32,000 bases of DNA from Okeania sp. (lineage in GTDB: Bacteria > Cyanobacteriota > Cyanobacteriia > Cyanobacteriales > Microcoleaceae), in assembly GCF_035285525.1 (NCBI RefSeq), contig NZ_JAYKGW010000175.1, positions 19,305 to 51,304 of the forward strand, written 5' to 3'. Below, piece by piece: positions 1 through 8,036 of this stretch. The notes under the pieces were generated by a model. It saw nothing but the letters and a program-made list of their open reading frames with translations. It ran no database searches and was not told where the DNA came from. Made by a program: the position numbers and the translations under genes. Numbering within the stretch: position 1 is the stretch's first letter; every line of letters begins with the position of its first letter.

Positions 1-160
1 AGTTCTGTTTGAGTTATTAGCTATCCCCTCTAATTTCAGGTTGTTGCTCTTCTTTGATAGTCAAAGAATTAAACGCACTACCGTTATATTTACCACTAGA
101 ACTAATTTGGAAGTATGCTAGAGAAAGTGTTCCTAATATCAAAAAAAAAAGAATTGGACA

Positions 161-341
161 CTAAATCCGGTTAATATACACCACACATTAAGTCAACTAA
201 AATCTATATATATCTGGGTTTGATCTACTTAAGATTGTGGTCTATAAGTCGAATTTGGTTACAGTTTCTAGATTAGTGAACAAAAGTAAAAAACTAGAAA
301 AGATATTGCATATTTATTATTTCTTAAGGTTTGAGATTTTT
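161..341. repeat. Dispersed ~185-bp repeat, copy 1 (partner at 844-1027)
   Basis: Aligns by eye almost base for base with 844-1027. Shared strings include aaatccggtt, atatacacca, gtcgaatttggtta, gtttctagattag, caaaagtaaaaaacta, agatattgcatatttatta and tttgagatttt. Confidence 0.8.
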
Positions 342-418
342 ATTTGGGCAAATAGCCATTTGTTCCTACACTTCCCACCTTTCTTACTTTTCCTAAACTC
401 TGCTTTTTTCAGTAAACC

Positions 419-709
419 CTAGTCAATATCAGTACCTCTTCTTTTTCTGAATACACCACTCATAGTAATACCCGTAACCATCATGAAAATTAATCCGATA
501 CCATTTAAAAGTACATAAATAGGTTTAAGATCGTCTCCTAAGTATGAAGCTTGGTGAATTACCATGAAAATTTCTGCTTGCTCTTTAGACATACCAAACC
601 AACTTTTACCAAGTCGATAACCTATTCCTGTGATTACAGTTAGAAATAATGGTAGAAAAACCATCGGTGCTAATATTCGATGCCATTTACGATATTTTTT
701 GTCGTTCAT
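419..709 (-). CDS. Small integral membrane protein, PepSY-associated-TM-like (hypothetical)
   Basis: 96-aa ORF with two hydrophobic spans (LAPMVFLPLFLTVITGIGY and LLNGIGLIFMMVTGITMSG). It has a basic N-terminus with a KWHR motif reminiscent of PepSY_TM helices. The family call is from memory only. Confidence 0.55.
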   Translation of the reverse strand: MNDKKYRKWHRILAPMVFLPLFLTVITGIGYRLGKSWFGMSKEQAEIFMVIHQASYLGDDLKPIYVLLNGIGLIFMMVTGITMSGVFRKRRGTDID

Positions 710-843
710 CTTTCTTAAGTTTCCTAGTAAATAAAATTTAAAATTAATCAGTTTTCTATTTGACTAATGCTTCAGAAGTTAGCGACTTCATAGGTTTGAA
801 CTTCCCCTAGAAACCAAATTTCTTTGCGTCAGTCCTGTTGAGA

Positions 844-1027
844 CCAAATCCGGTTTATATACACCATATATTAATTCAACTACAATCTATATATATTTAG
901 CTTTTGTTAACTTAAAATAGTGGTTTATAAAGTAGTCGAATTTGGTTATGGTTTCTAGATTAGCGAGCAAAAGTAAAAAACTAGGAAAGATATTGCATAT
1001 TTATTACTTCTTAAGATTTGAGATTTT
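844..1027. repeat. Dispersed ~185-bp repeat, copy 2 (partner at 161-341)
   Basis: Same orientation and near-identical sequence to 161-341. It lies upstream of the start codon at 709 of the minus-strand membrane-protein gene. Confidence 0.8.
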
Positions 1028-1665
1028 CGATATGCGATAAATGGCTTAAGTGTTATTTCGGAATTATTTCTACTATTTTATTCGGTGAATTAAGATACTT
1101 AAATTCTGAAATTGAAATACTTACAGAGGTTTTAGCATACATTAAATGCCACAAAATGTAGCACATACAAAGTAAAGCTTGACTAAGTATTTATACGTAA
1201 ACATCGGCAAAAAGTATTGCCAAAACTTTCTGGAGTAGTTAATATAGTTAATAAATAAATCCGGTTCTCACATACTTTTATATTTTCGTATCCTAGGCTC
1301 TTAATAGAAAAGAATTAAGAATTTTTCAATTCTTATAAAAAGGTTTTGAGGGTCGGATTTGATATAAAAAAAAACAACGAAATAATAGCTTGGAATAGTA
1401 ATTTTAGTAACTTGAAGATAAAGTTACTCTCTTCTTATTTCTTTGTAACAAATAGGAAGACTAAATTATTTTGAAAAAGCTATCCATTTCTGCTGCTACC
1501 AATACGATCGTTACTTTGCTAAAAGTCTTTTATTACCTAGCTTTTAGCAATCATAAATTCAGTTGAAAATAGTTTTAAAATCTAAGTATAAAAACTGATT
1601 CAGGGCCTCAGCATTTACTTTTTGTTTTTATTAATCACAAAGTGCAATTTTCGGAGGCAAATTTA

Positions 1666-1902
1666 ATGAAACTTATTTATCGTGGGACGAGTTATGAATA
1701 TAATCCCACTAACGTTGAAGGGCTTTCTAGTGTCACAACAGGTAAGTATCGTGGTGTAGAATTTCAGTTCAGCAAAGTTGAAAAAGTACCAGTTATGCAA
1801 ACACACTATAATTTGACCTATCGTGGGGTGAAATACAACGTTAAACCTAATACCGATTATGTTTTCCCTGCTTCCGGGAAAGTTGGTAGTGTAATTTCCT
1901 AA
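1666..1902 (+). CDS. DUF4278-like small protein (three YRG motifs)
   Basis: MKLIYRGTSYEY, KYRGVEFQF and TYRGVKYNV match the M-x-L-x-YRG-x-x-Y signature of cyanobacterial DUF4278. A GGAGG sits 8 nt upstream of the ATG at 1666. The ORF-track start at 1642 is a GTG extension. Confidence 0.7.
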   Translation: MKLIYRGTSYEYNPTNVEGLSSVTTGKYRGVEFQFSKVEKVPVMQTHYNLTYRGVKYNVKPNTDYVFPASGKVGSVIS

Positions 1903-1922
1903 GTTTTATAACTCTAGGGAAA

Positions 1923-1953
1923 GAAACCCGGTTTCTTGTAAAAACCGGGTTTC
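1923..1953. terminator. Perfect 12-bp stem hairpin between convergent genes (GAAACCCGGTTT family)
   Basis: gaaacccggttt (1923-1934) pairs perfectly with aaaccgggtttc (1942-1953) around a 7-nt loop. It lies between the DUF4278 stop (1902) and the histidine kinase stop (1984). There is no clear U-tract on the plus strand. The same motif family recurs at 5968-6035, 6938-7005 and 24745-24830, so it may simply be a dispersed repeat. Confidence 0.4.
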
Positions 1954-1983
1954 TGGGTTCACCCTTGCTACACTCTGCTTTTT

Positions 1984-3453
1984 TCAGCAAGCCCTATGTA
2001 GGGAAAAATGACCATTCGCTCCTGCATTCTCTGTCTTCCGACACTCCTGAAACTCCCGATCGCCTTTCTTAATAATTGGCAGTTTTATGGAAAAGCAAGT
2101 CCCCACACCCACCTTACTGCTGACATCAATCTTACCTCCGTGAATCTGAACTAAAGTTTGAGCGATCGCCATACCTAACCCTGTCCCTTTTCGTCGTTCA
2201 CTTTTGGCCCGCTCGCTCCGCCACAAACGTTCAAATATATGGGGTAATTCCTCTGGAGAAATTCCAATTCCCGTATCTTTCACCGCCACAATTGCTGTTT
2301 CATTATCCGCAAACAAAGAAACCGTTACTTTTCCTCCCGTTGGCGTGTATTGCACAGCATTCTCAATTAAATTAGAAAATACCCTTTGTAACTGTTGCCC
2401 ATTCCCCAAAACCCAGATATCCGAATCAAGATTAGCATTCAGCTCAATTTCTTTTTCTTCTGCTTCAATACTAATAAACTCAATAGTATCCTCCAATATT
2501 TCATCTAACGGTAGAGGAATTTTATCCACACTCATCAAAGCTACGGAACCATCTAAACGAGCTAACAACAATAAATCTTCTACCAAACTGGTCATCCGAT
2601 AACTAGCATCAGCGATGGCCTCTACCTTATTTTTGTCCACTGGAGCGATTCGTTCGGGATGACTTTGCAGAACAGAAATTGAACTCTTAATCACTGTAAG
2701 TGGACTTCTTAATTCGTGAGACGCATCAGCAGTAAACTGTTTCAACCTCTCAAAACTCTGAGCAACGGATTGTAGAGATTTATCAGTCAACCAAATTGCC
2801 CCCCATGTAGTTAAGCTAACTGCCACCACTCCACCAAATATTAATCCCCATCGCAGTCTTTCCAACTCAACATCCAAAACCTCAGTAACATGACTAGCGC
2901 GAATATAGCCAGATAGCACCTTTGTCTCACCTCTTGGAGCTGTGTAATACACTGGCAGAGCTAAACTACGAATCTTGTTTTTTTCTAGAATATGACTAGC
3001 ATGGTCTAAATTTTCAGATATCGGCCAGTCAACATCCACATCCCCTTCTTGAATTATCAATTTTTGCTCTTCATCAAACCATTCTACACCCTGAGCATAG
3101 TAAAGCGGACGGTGTTTGGGAACCGCCAGAGTTCCGTGGCGATCGTATCCTGCTAGTAGGTCGGCAAGTTTGGGATAAGTTTCTGGATAATTACTTTTGT
3201 AATGTTGTTCTGCTTCTTTGTCATCATAATCTCCAATTTCTTGTTCCTCAGATTCGTGTTTGACAATTTCTAAGGTTTGAGATGCTGCTTCTGCTAACTG
3301 GAGTAAATAGTCATTAAATTGTTGGTTGAGGTTGTAAGCTAACCAACGTTCCACAACTAAAAATGATATGCCCAAGGTGGCTATCATTATTCCTACATAA
3401 AAGCGCAAAAGTACTAAGCGTAAAGATTTTAACTGTTGTTTAAAATTAGACAT
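1984..3453 (-). CDS. Sensor histidine kinase (HisKA + HATPase_c) with a large extracytoplasmic domain
   Basis: Motifs present are the H-box FTADASHELRSPLTVI, N-box LIENAVQYTP, G1 VKDTGIGI and G2 GTGLGMAIA. Two TM segments (VGIMIATLGISFLVV and GLIFGGVVAVSLTTWGAIWL) bracket about 170 aa. The start is set at ATG 3453 (MSNFKQQL), which overlaps the upstream regulator stop. Confidence 0.9.
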   Translation of the reverse strand: MSNFKQQLKSLRLVLLRFYVGIMIATLGISFLVVERWLAYNLNQQFNDYLLQLAEAASQTLEIVKHESEEQEIGDYDDKEAEQHYKSNYPETYPKLADLLAGYDRHGTLAVPKHRPLYYAQGVEWFDEEQKLIIQEGDVDVDWPISENLDHASHILEKNKIRSLALPVYYTAPRGETKVLSGYIRASHVTEVLDVELERLRWGLIFGGVVAVSLTTWGAIWLTDKSLQSVAQSFERLKQFTADASHELRSPLTVIKSSISVLQSHPERIAPVDKNKVEAIADASYRMTSLVEDLLLLARLDGSVALMSVDKIPLPLDEILEDTIEFISIEAEEKEIELNANLDSDIWVLGNGQQLQRVFSNLIENAVQYTPTGGKVTVSLFADNETAIVAVKDTGIGISPEELPHIFERLWRSERAKSERRKGTGLGMAIAQTLVQIHGGKIDVSSKVGVGTCFSIKLPIIKKGDREFQECRKTENAGANGHFSLHRAC

Positions 3454-4123
3454 TAGGATTAAGTCGATAACCGACTCCGTAAATATTTTCAATAAAGTTT
3501 GCAGGAGCGCCTGCCTTTTTTAACTTAGAGCGCAACCCACGGATATGAACTTTAACCGTTTCTTCTTCTGGAGGATCTTCAAATTCCCAGAGATTATCCA
3601 GAATAGCACGACGACTGAGAATACGACTATTACTACGGAGTAATAATTCTAGTAAGGCATGTTCTTTCGGGGTCAGTTGTAATGGTTGTTCGTTATACTT
3701 AACTTCACAACTACTAGGGTCAAAATAAAGTCGTTCCCATTCTAAAATAGGAGGTAATGTGGTTTCTTGACGTCTCAATAAAGCGCGGATTCTAGCTAAT
3801 AACTCTTTTGTGTCAAAAGGTTTAACAACGTAATCATCAGCTCCCACATCTAATCCTAAAACTCGGTCATCGCTGGTATCTTTACCTGTCAGCATTAATA
3901 TTAATGTCCGGTCTCCAGAATTTCGTAACTGCTGACAAACATTGATACCATTCAGTTTAGGTAAAATTATGTCCAGGACAATTAAATCGTAAGTAAAAGT
4001 TTGGGCCAGGTTTAAACCTAATTCTCCATCTTCAGCAATTTCTACAACATAATTGCGATCGCGCAATGCTTCTGAAAGTGCATCGGCAATTTGTCGATCA
4101 TCTTCAACTAAAAGAATTTTCAT
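3446..4123 (-). CDS. OmpR-family two-component response regulator
   Basis: MKILLVEDD receiver start, phospho-acceptor context DLIVLDIILP, DDYVVKPF, and a C-terminal winged helix (VKVHIRGLRSKL, YGVGYRL). The ORF-track N-terminal extension to 4246 runs through a repeat element and was trimmed. Confidence 0.92.
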   Translation of the reverse strand: MKILLVEDDRQIADALSEALRDRNYVVEIAEDGELGLNLAQTFTYDLIVLDIILPKLNGINVCQQLRNSGDRTLILMLTGKDTSDDRVLGLDVGADDYVVKPFDTKELLARIRALLRRQETTLPPILEWERLYFDPSSCEVKYNEQPLQLTPKEHALLELLLRSNSRILSRRAILDNLWEFEDPPEEETVKVHIRGLRSKLKKAGAPANFIENIYGVGYRLNPNV

Positions 4124-4265
4124 AATAAACTGGGAATCATATATAATTCCCCCAACCCCCCCTTTTTTGAAAGGCGGGAATAAGAGAAAAAATACGGAAA
4201 TTATTTTTTTGTCATATAGAATCCGGTTACAAGTGTATATGTTCATAATTTTATCTACACTTCAA

Positions 4266-4320
4266 TCTCCCCATCTCCCCATTTCCCTATTTCCCCATCT
4301 CCCCATCTCCCCATCTCCCA
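4266..4320. repeat. Octamer tandem array TCTCCCCA x7
   Basis: Read directly as tctcccca tctcccca tttcccta tttcccca tctcccca tctcccca tctccca. It lies 143-197 nt upstream of the response regulator start. Confidence 0.95.
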
Positions 4321-4377
4321 CAACTATATAACGAGTATTCAACCGGATTTTATATCAAAGGTACATCTTCTAATTTT

Positions 4378-4481
4378 ACAGCAGTTTTCAAGCACAGTAG
4401 GGACGTTGCATAAGAAAAATACGAAACGTCCCTACTAGGTTATCATTTTTTTATGTGGTTTATTGACCTGAAAACTGCTGT
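4378..4481. repeat. MITE-like element with terminal inverted repeats and an internal 12-bp hairpin
   Basis: The ends acagcagttttca (4378-) and tgaaaactgctgt (-4481) are reverse complements. The inner stem pairs agtagggacgtt (4396-4407) with aacgtccctact (4425-4436). The gtagggacgttgcat core recurs at 26338-26352. Confidence 0.75.
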
Positions 4482-4677
4482 ATAGAACCCATTTGAGATT
4501 TACTTAAGAAGAGTTGGGGAAATGGTTGATATGCAGCTATTTTTCTACCTTTTTCCCTATTCTATTTCTGAATCTCCCCTCCAGGGAGGGGTTAGGGGTG
4601 GGTTGTCTTCCGCTATCGTAGAGAAATTATCAATTCTTCTTTCCTGTTCCCTATTACCTCCATACCTATTTAGATGT

Positions 4678-5505
4678 CTATTGATTTCCCAAGTCCTGAG
4701 ACCTTGCCATTGCTGCCAAGACAGCTTCAATGATAGCAGAACGAAAACCACAACTTTCTAACTCCGCAATACCACTAATAGTCGTTCCTCCAGGACTTGT
4801 CACCCGGTCTTTTAACTGTGCAGGATGTATTCCCGACTCCTGTAATAAAACCGCTGTTCCCAAAATAGTTTGCAATGCCAATTTGTAAGCGATCGCTCTA
4901 GGCAAACCAGCACAAACTCCCCCATCTGTCAAGGATTCTATAAAAATACATACATAACCAGGTCCAGAACCAGATAACGCTGTAACCGCATCCATTAAAT
5001 TTTCTGGTACTTCCACCACCTGACCTACAGATTCAAAAATGCGAGTTGCTAACTCCTGGTGTTCTGGTTTCACATTATGTCCCGCAGAGATAGCGCTCAT
5101 ACCTACACCCACTGTTGCCGGAGCATTAGGCATCACCCTAACCACAGGTTGTCCGGGAAAAGCTGCTTCCAACTTGTGTAAAGATACACCTGCCATAATT
5201 GAAATTAGTAAAGGTAAAGTTGTTGTATGACTACCAACTTGCCAGTCTCCTAATTCTGATATAACACTATCAAATATTTGAGGTTTAACTGCTAACAAAA
5301 AAGCCTCCGTTGCACTCGTAACTACTAAGTGATTATCTGTAGTTACTTCTACACCGTATTCTTGTGTTAAAAAATCTCTCCTTTGTTGCTGTGGATCGCT
5401 GACTAAAATTTCTGATGGTTGATAAAGCTTTTGTTGCAATAGACGAGATAACAAAGCCTCTCCCATTACCCCACCACCGATTAAACCTAATTTAGTAGTT
5501 GCCAT
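4678..5505 (-). CDS. proC: Pyrroline-5-carboxylate reductase
   Basis: N-terminal Rossmann motif GLIGGGVMGEALL, and C-terminal TSPGGTTISGI typical of ProC. Full-length 275 aa. Confidence 0.93.
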   Translation of the reverse strand: MATTKLGLIGGGVMGEALLSRLLQQKLYQPSEILVSDPQQQRRDFLTQEYGVEVTTDNHLVVTSATEAFLLAVKPQIFDSVISELGDWQVGSHTTTLPLLISIMAGVSLHKLEAAFPGQPVVRVMPNAPATVGVGMSAISAGHNVKPEHQELATRIFESVGQVVEVPENLMDAVTALSGSGPGYVCIFIESLTDGGVCAGLPRAIAYKLALQTILGTAVLLQESGIHPAQLKDRVTSPGGTTISGIAELESCGFRSAIIEAVLAAMARSQDLGNQ

Positions 5506-5535
5506 TTTTGAACGTAAAAAATATTATAAATAAAT

Positions 5536-5868
5536 AGGACTTACGCATCAACGCTATTGGTGGTAGTAGATTTACACACCTTAAATGGTGTAATAGATGT
5601 AGGTTGGGTTGTTTCGCCCTCCGCGACATGGAAAGCGGAGCATTCCCTATAGGAAAACGCGCACTTCGTTCCCTAGTATAGAACGTAGCTTGCTTCTGTG
5701 CAGGAGTAACCCAACAAAAATTTTGCTCCCCTACTCTTCTACTCCCCTACTCCCTAATCCACACTCATTAGCTGTGTCTCTCCAGTAGGGTGTGTTTCGC
5801 TGCGCGACATGAAAAGCGCACAACGCACAACGCACCAATACTATATATAGTGCCTTTGCGTAAGTCCT
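5536..5868. repeat. 333-bp composite repeat element bounded by a perfect 12-bp terminal inverted repeat
   Basis: aggacttacgca (5536-5547) pairs with tgcgtaagtcct (5857-5868). The interior carries gtaggttgggtt...aacccaac, CTACTCC heptamers and gcgcacaacgcacaacgcacca. A related partial copy is at 12578-12698. Confidence 0.75.
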
Positions 5869-5952
5869 GATCAACTGAGGAATTAGTAATAGAATGTACT
5901 AAACATTATTCAAAAATATATTCTCATTAAAAAGTTATATTTTTGTTTGATC

Positions 5953-6050
5953 CAGGACTTAGACAGAAACCGAGTTTATGAAATAAATTTCGTGGTTTGA
6001 ACAACAATAACCAACGCAATAAACCCAGTTTCTTGGTTGCTTTGCCTAAG
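5953..6050. repeat. ~100-bp MITE-like repeat, copy A (partner at 6923-7026)
   Basis: caggacttagacagaaaccgagtttatgaaataaattt...aacaacaataaccaacg.aataaacc.ggtttcttggttgctttgc is shared with copy B. The right end is degenerate in this copy. Confidence 0.8.
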
Positions 6051-6059
6051 CCATCCAAA

Positions 6060-6801
6060 GTGAAACTATCATCCCAATTCCAACCATGACGTGCTACAAA
6101 GCGCGTGTTTAGCTAGTCAGGTTTTTTGTGAGTTATTTGGGTAGAGTTCTGTTTTCAATCCTAGTACCATGATTATCAATCTTTCTAACAACTTGAGCGA
6201 CTTCCTCTTGTCATCCCAGTAATAGTTTTTGTGTTTTTTTGATCTAGAACCGTAAAGCCTAGCTGAAAAAACTGTGATTATTTCTAGTACATCTTGAGCG
6301 AGTTCTTCTTCAAAACTTGGTTGTTCACCTTTGTTAATAATAACTATCTCAATCCCCTGGAGTTCGCAAAAAGAAAAGACTAAGTTCAGCACCAAAACTT
6401 AACAATCTATCCTTATGGGTTAATACTAATCGCTTAGTTTGCTTTCTTAAGATTTTTTCTAATAGTTTTTGCAACCCCTTTTTGCGATAGTTCATGCCAG
6501 AGCCTAAGTCTTTAATTATCTCAAATCTCCACCTTTGGCAGCACAACTAAGTTTCTAGCATTGCCTGTTGGCTTTCTAAATCTACTTTTTGGTCGTGACT
6601 ACTGACTCTAGCATAACAAATAGTAGGACTGTCTCCATTTCCTAAATTGATAAGTTTAGAGGAATCATAGAATTTAGTACCAGCTTGACTTTTTCGATCT
6701 GGTATCAGTTCTCCAGACAATTCCCATTTTCGGAGCGTATCAATGGACACTCCTAATAGTTTTGCTGCTGCACCTATCTTAATGAATCTATTAGTCATCA
6801 T
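6060..6801 (-). pseudogene. IS607-family remnant: serine-recombinase tnpA (nonsense plus frameshift) and about 35 codons of tnpB
   Basis: MerR-type HTH (AAAKLLGVSIDTLRKWE) is followed by the resolvase catalytic motif YARVSSHDQ. There is an in-frame TAG at 6547-6549 and a frame change near 6349-6395 (RLVLTHKDRLLSFGAEL, then GIEIVIINK...VFSARLYGSRS). The tnpB N-terminus MVLGLKTELYPNNSQKT starts at 6170 and is interrupted by a stop. The remainder (RFVARHGWNW in another frame) ends at repeat copy A. Confidence 0.8.
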
Positions 6802-6922
6802 TATCAGTTTTACAACATAATCATAAGATTATAATAGATTATGTCAAGCTGTTATTTACCCTGTTATTATAACTTTTGTTTAGAAACCGGGTTGATCGAG
6901 AAAATTCCGTGATTAAAAAAAT

Positions 6923-7026
6923 CAGGACTTAGACAGAAACCGAGTTTATGAAATAAATTTTTTGGTTTTAACAACAATAACCAACGGAATAAACCTGGTT
7001 TCTTGGTTGCTTTGCATAAGTCCTGA
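6923..7026. repeat. ~100-bp MITE-like repeat, copy B, with complete inverted termini
   Basis: It starts caggacttagac and ends gcataagtcctg. It is a direct repeat of 5953-6050, with a further fragment at 7036-7058. Confidence 0.8.
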
Positions 7027-7111
7027 AAATAATAATCAGGACAATAAACCCAGTTTCTAGTTGAGACGTATAAGTTGTGTTAATTTTAAACTTATACCCA
7101 AAATCCTTTTT

Positions 7112-7747
7112 CTACTGCATCATTTGGATTTGTTCAGGTTGCCAAACTTGAGACCCAGAGTTGGCTACACGAGGACGTGGTTGACTCTGTGGTGTTTCGT
7201 TAACTATACCTGCTTGAGTTCTAACTTGGACACAGCTTGGTGTAAACAGAAAAATACTTTCTCCAATCCGTTCTTGATGACCATCAAGAGCATAAGTACC
7301 ACCTGCCACAAAGTCCACTGCTCGTTGAGCTTGGTCTGGGTCCATAACTGTTAAATTTAAAACCACAGATTTACGCTCTCTTAAGGCCCGAATTGCTTGA
7401 GGCATTTCTTCAAAAGTTCGTGGTTCGAGGACTACAACTTCTGACATTCCATTTAAAGCGCCTGGCATTCCAATTACATTATTCATAGGTGATCCAATTC
7501 CAGATTCTTGTTTAACAACTCCAGTCGTACCTGTGCTAGTATTAGATGATGTTGCAACAGCAGCCCGATTTCTTAATCGACGGTTACTGCGACTTTCCTC
7601 CTCAGCAGGTACAGCAGCAGGAGGTTGCTGTTGGGGAGGATAAACGCTTTGATGCTGTTCTCCTTCCATTTCATCGTAATCATATTCGTACTCAACTTGT
7701 TCGTTGAGTCCCACAAAATCTCGTAGTTTGGAAAAAAGGGTATTCAC
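7112..7747 (-). CDS. sepF: Cell division protein SepF
   Basis: N-terminus [14 protein letters not shown] (GTG start), a low-complexity linker, and a SepF core [53 protein letters not shown]. It sits between the yggS-family gene and proC, as in the conserved synteny. Confidence 0.88.
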   Translation of the reverse strand: MNTLFSKLRDFVGLNEQVEYEYDYDEMEGEQHQSVYPPQQQPPAAVPAEEESRSNRRLRNRAAVATSSNTSTGTTGVVKQESGIGSPMNNVIGMPGALNGMSEVVVLEPRTFEEMPQAIRALRERKSVVLNLTVMDPDQAQRAVDFVAGGTYALDGHQERIGESIFLFTPSCVQVRTQAGIVNETPQSQPRPRVANSGSQVWQPEQIQMMQ

Positions 7748-8036
7748 AGTTAAGATTCTCCGATACTATTTCGTTAACAACTGTATTAGTATTTGTTAAC
7801 AAATACACACTTGGACTAAATTAAAGTGAGAGTGTATCTACCAAATGTTTGAGACCCTAAAAATCTAGAGAGCTTAATTTTAATATCTCTTCAGAAATGA
7901 AAATTGGGCATATAATATATTAATTTAGATCACCCACCACATGTAAAGATAAATCCACCCATGTTTTCAGCCTCTCAACCTACCTGGTAGTGTACTATAT
8001 TTTTACTTTTTAAGTTGTATTTGATATAATATCAGG

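Noticed and set aside
237-422. 61-aa plus-strand ORF
   Set aside because: It lies mostly within copy 1 of the 185-bp repeat. Copy 2 does not preserve the frame.
2204-2602. 132-aa plus-strand ORF
   Set aside because: It is antisense to the histidine kinase catalytic region and has no recognisable motifs, so it is a shadow ORF.
4053-4761. ORFs 4053..4331, 4522..4761 and 4557..4751, and the N-terminal extension of the response regulator to 4246
   Set aside because: They read through the octamer array, the GGGGTTAGGGGTGGG-type repeat and other dispersed repeats, giving peptide strings such as PHLPISPSP or GGVRGG that are repeat translations. The canonical MKILLVEDD start at 4123 explains the regulator.
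5039-5230. 63-aa plus-strand ORF
   Set aside because: It is antisense inside proC.
7061-7354. 97-aa plus-strand ORF
   Set aside because: It overlaps the 3' part of sepF on the opposite strand and begins in repeat debris. No motifs.
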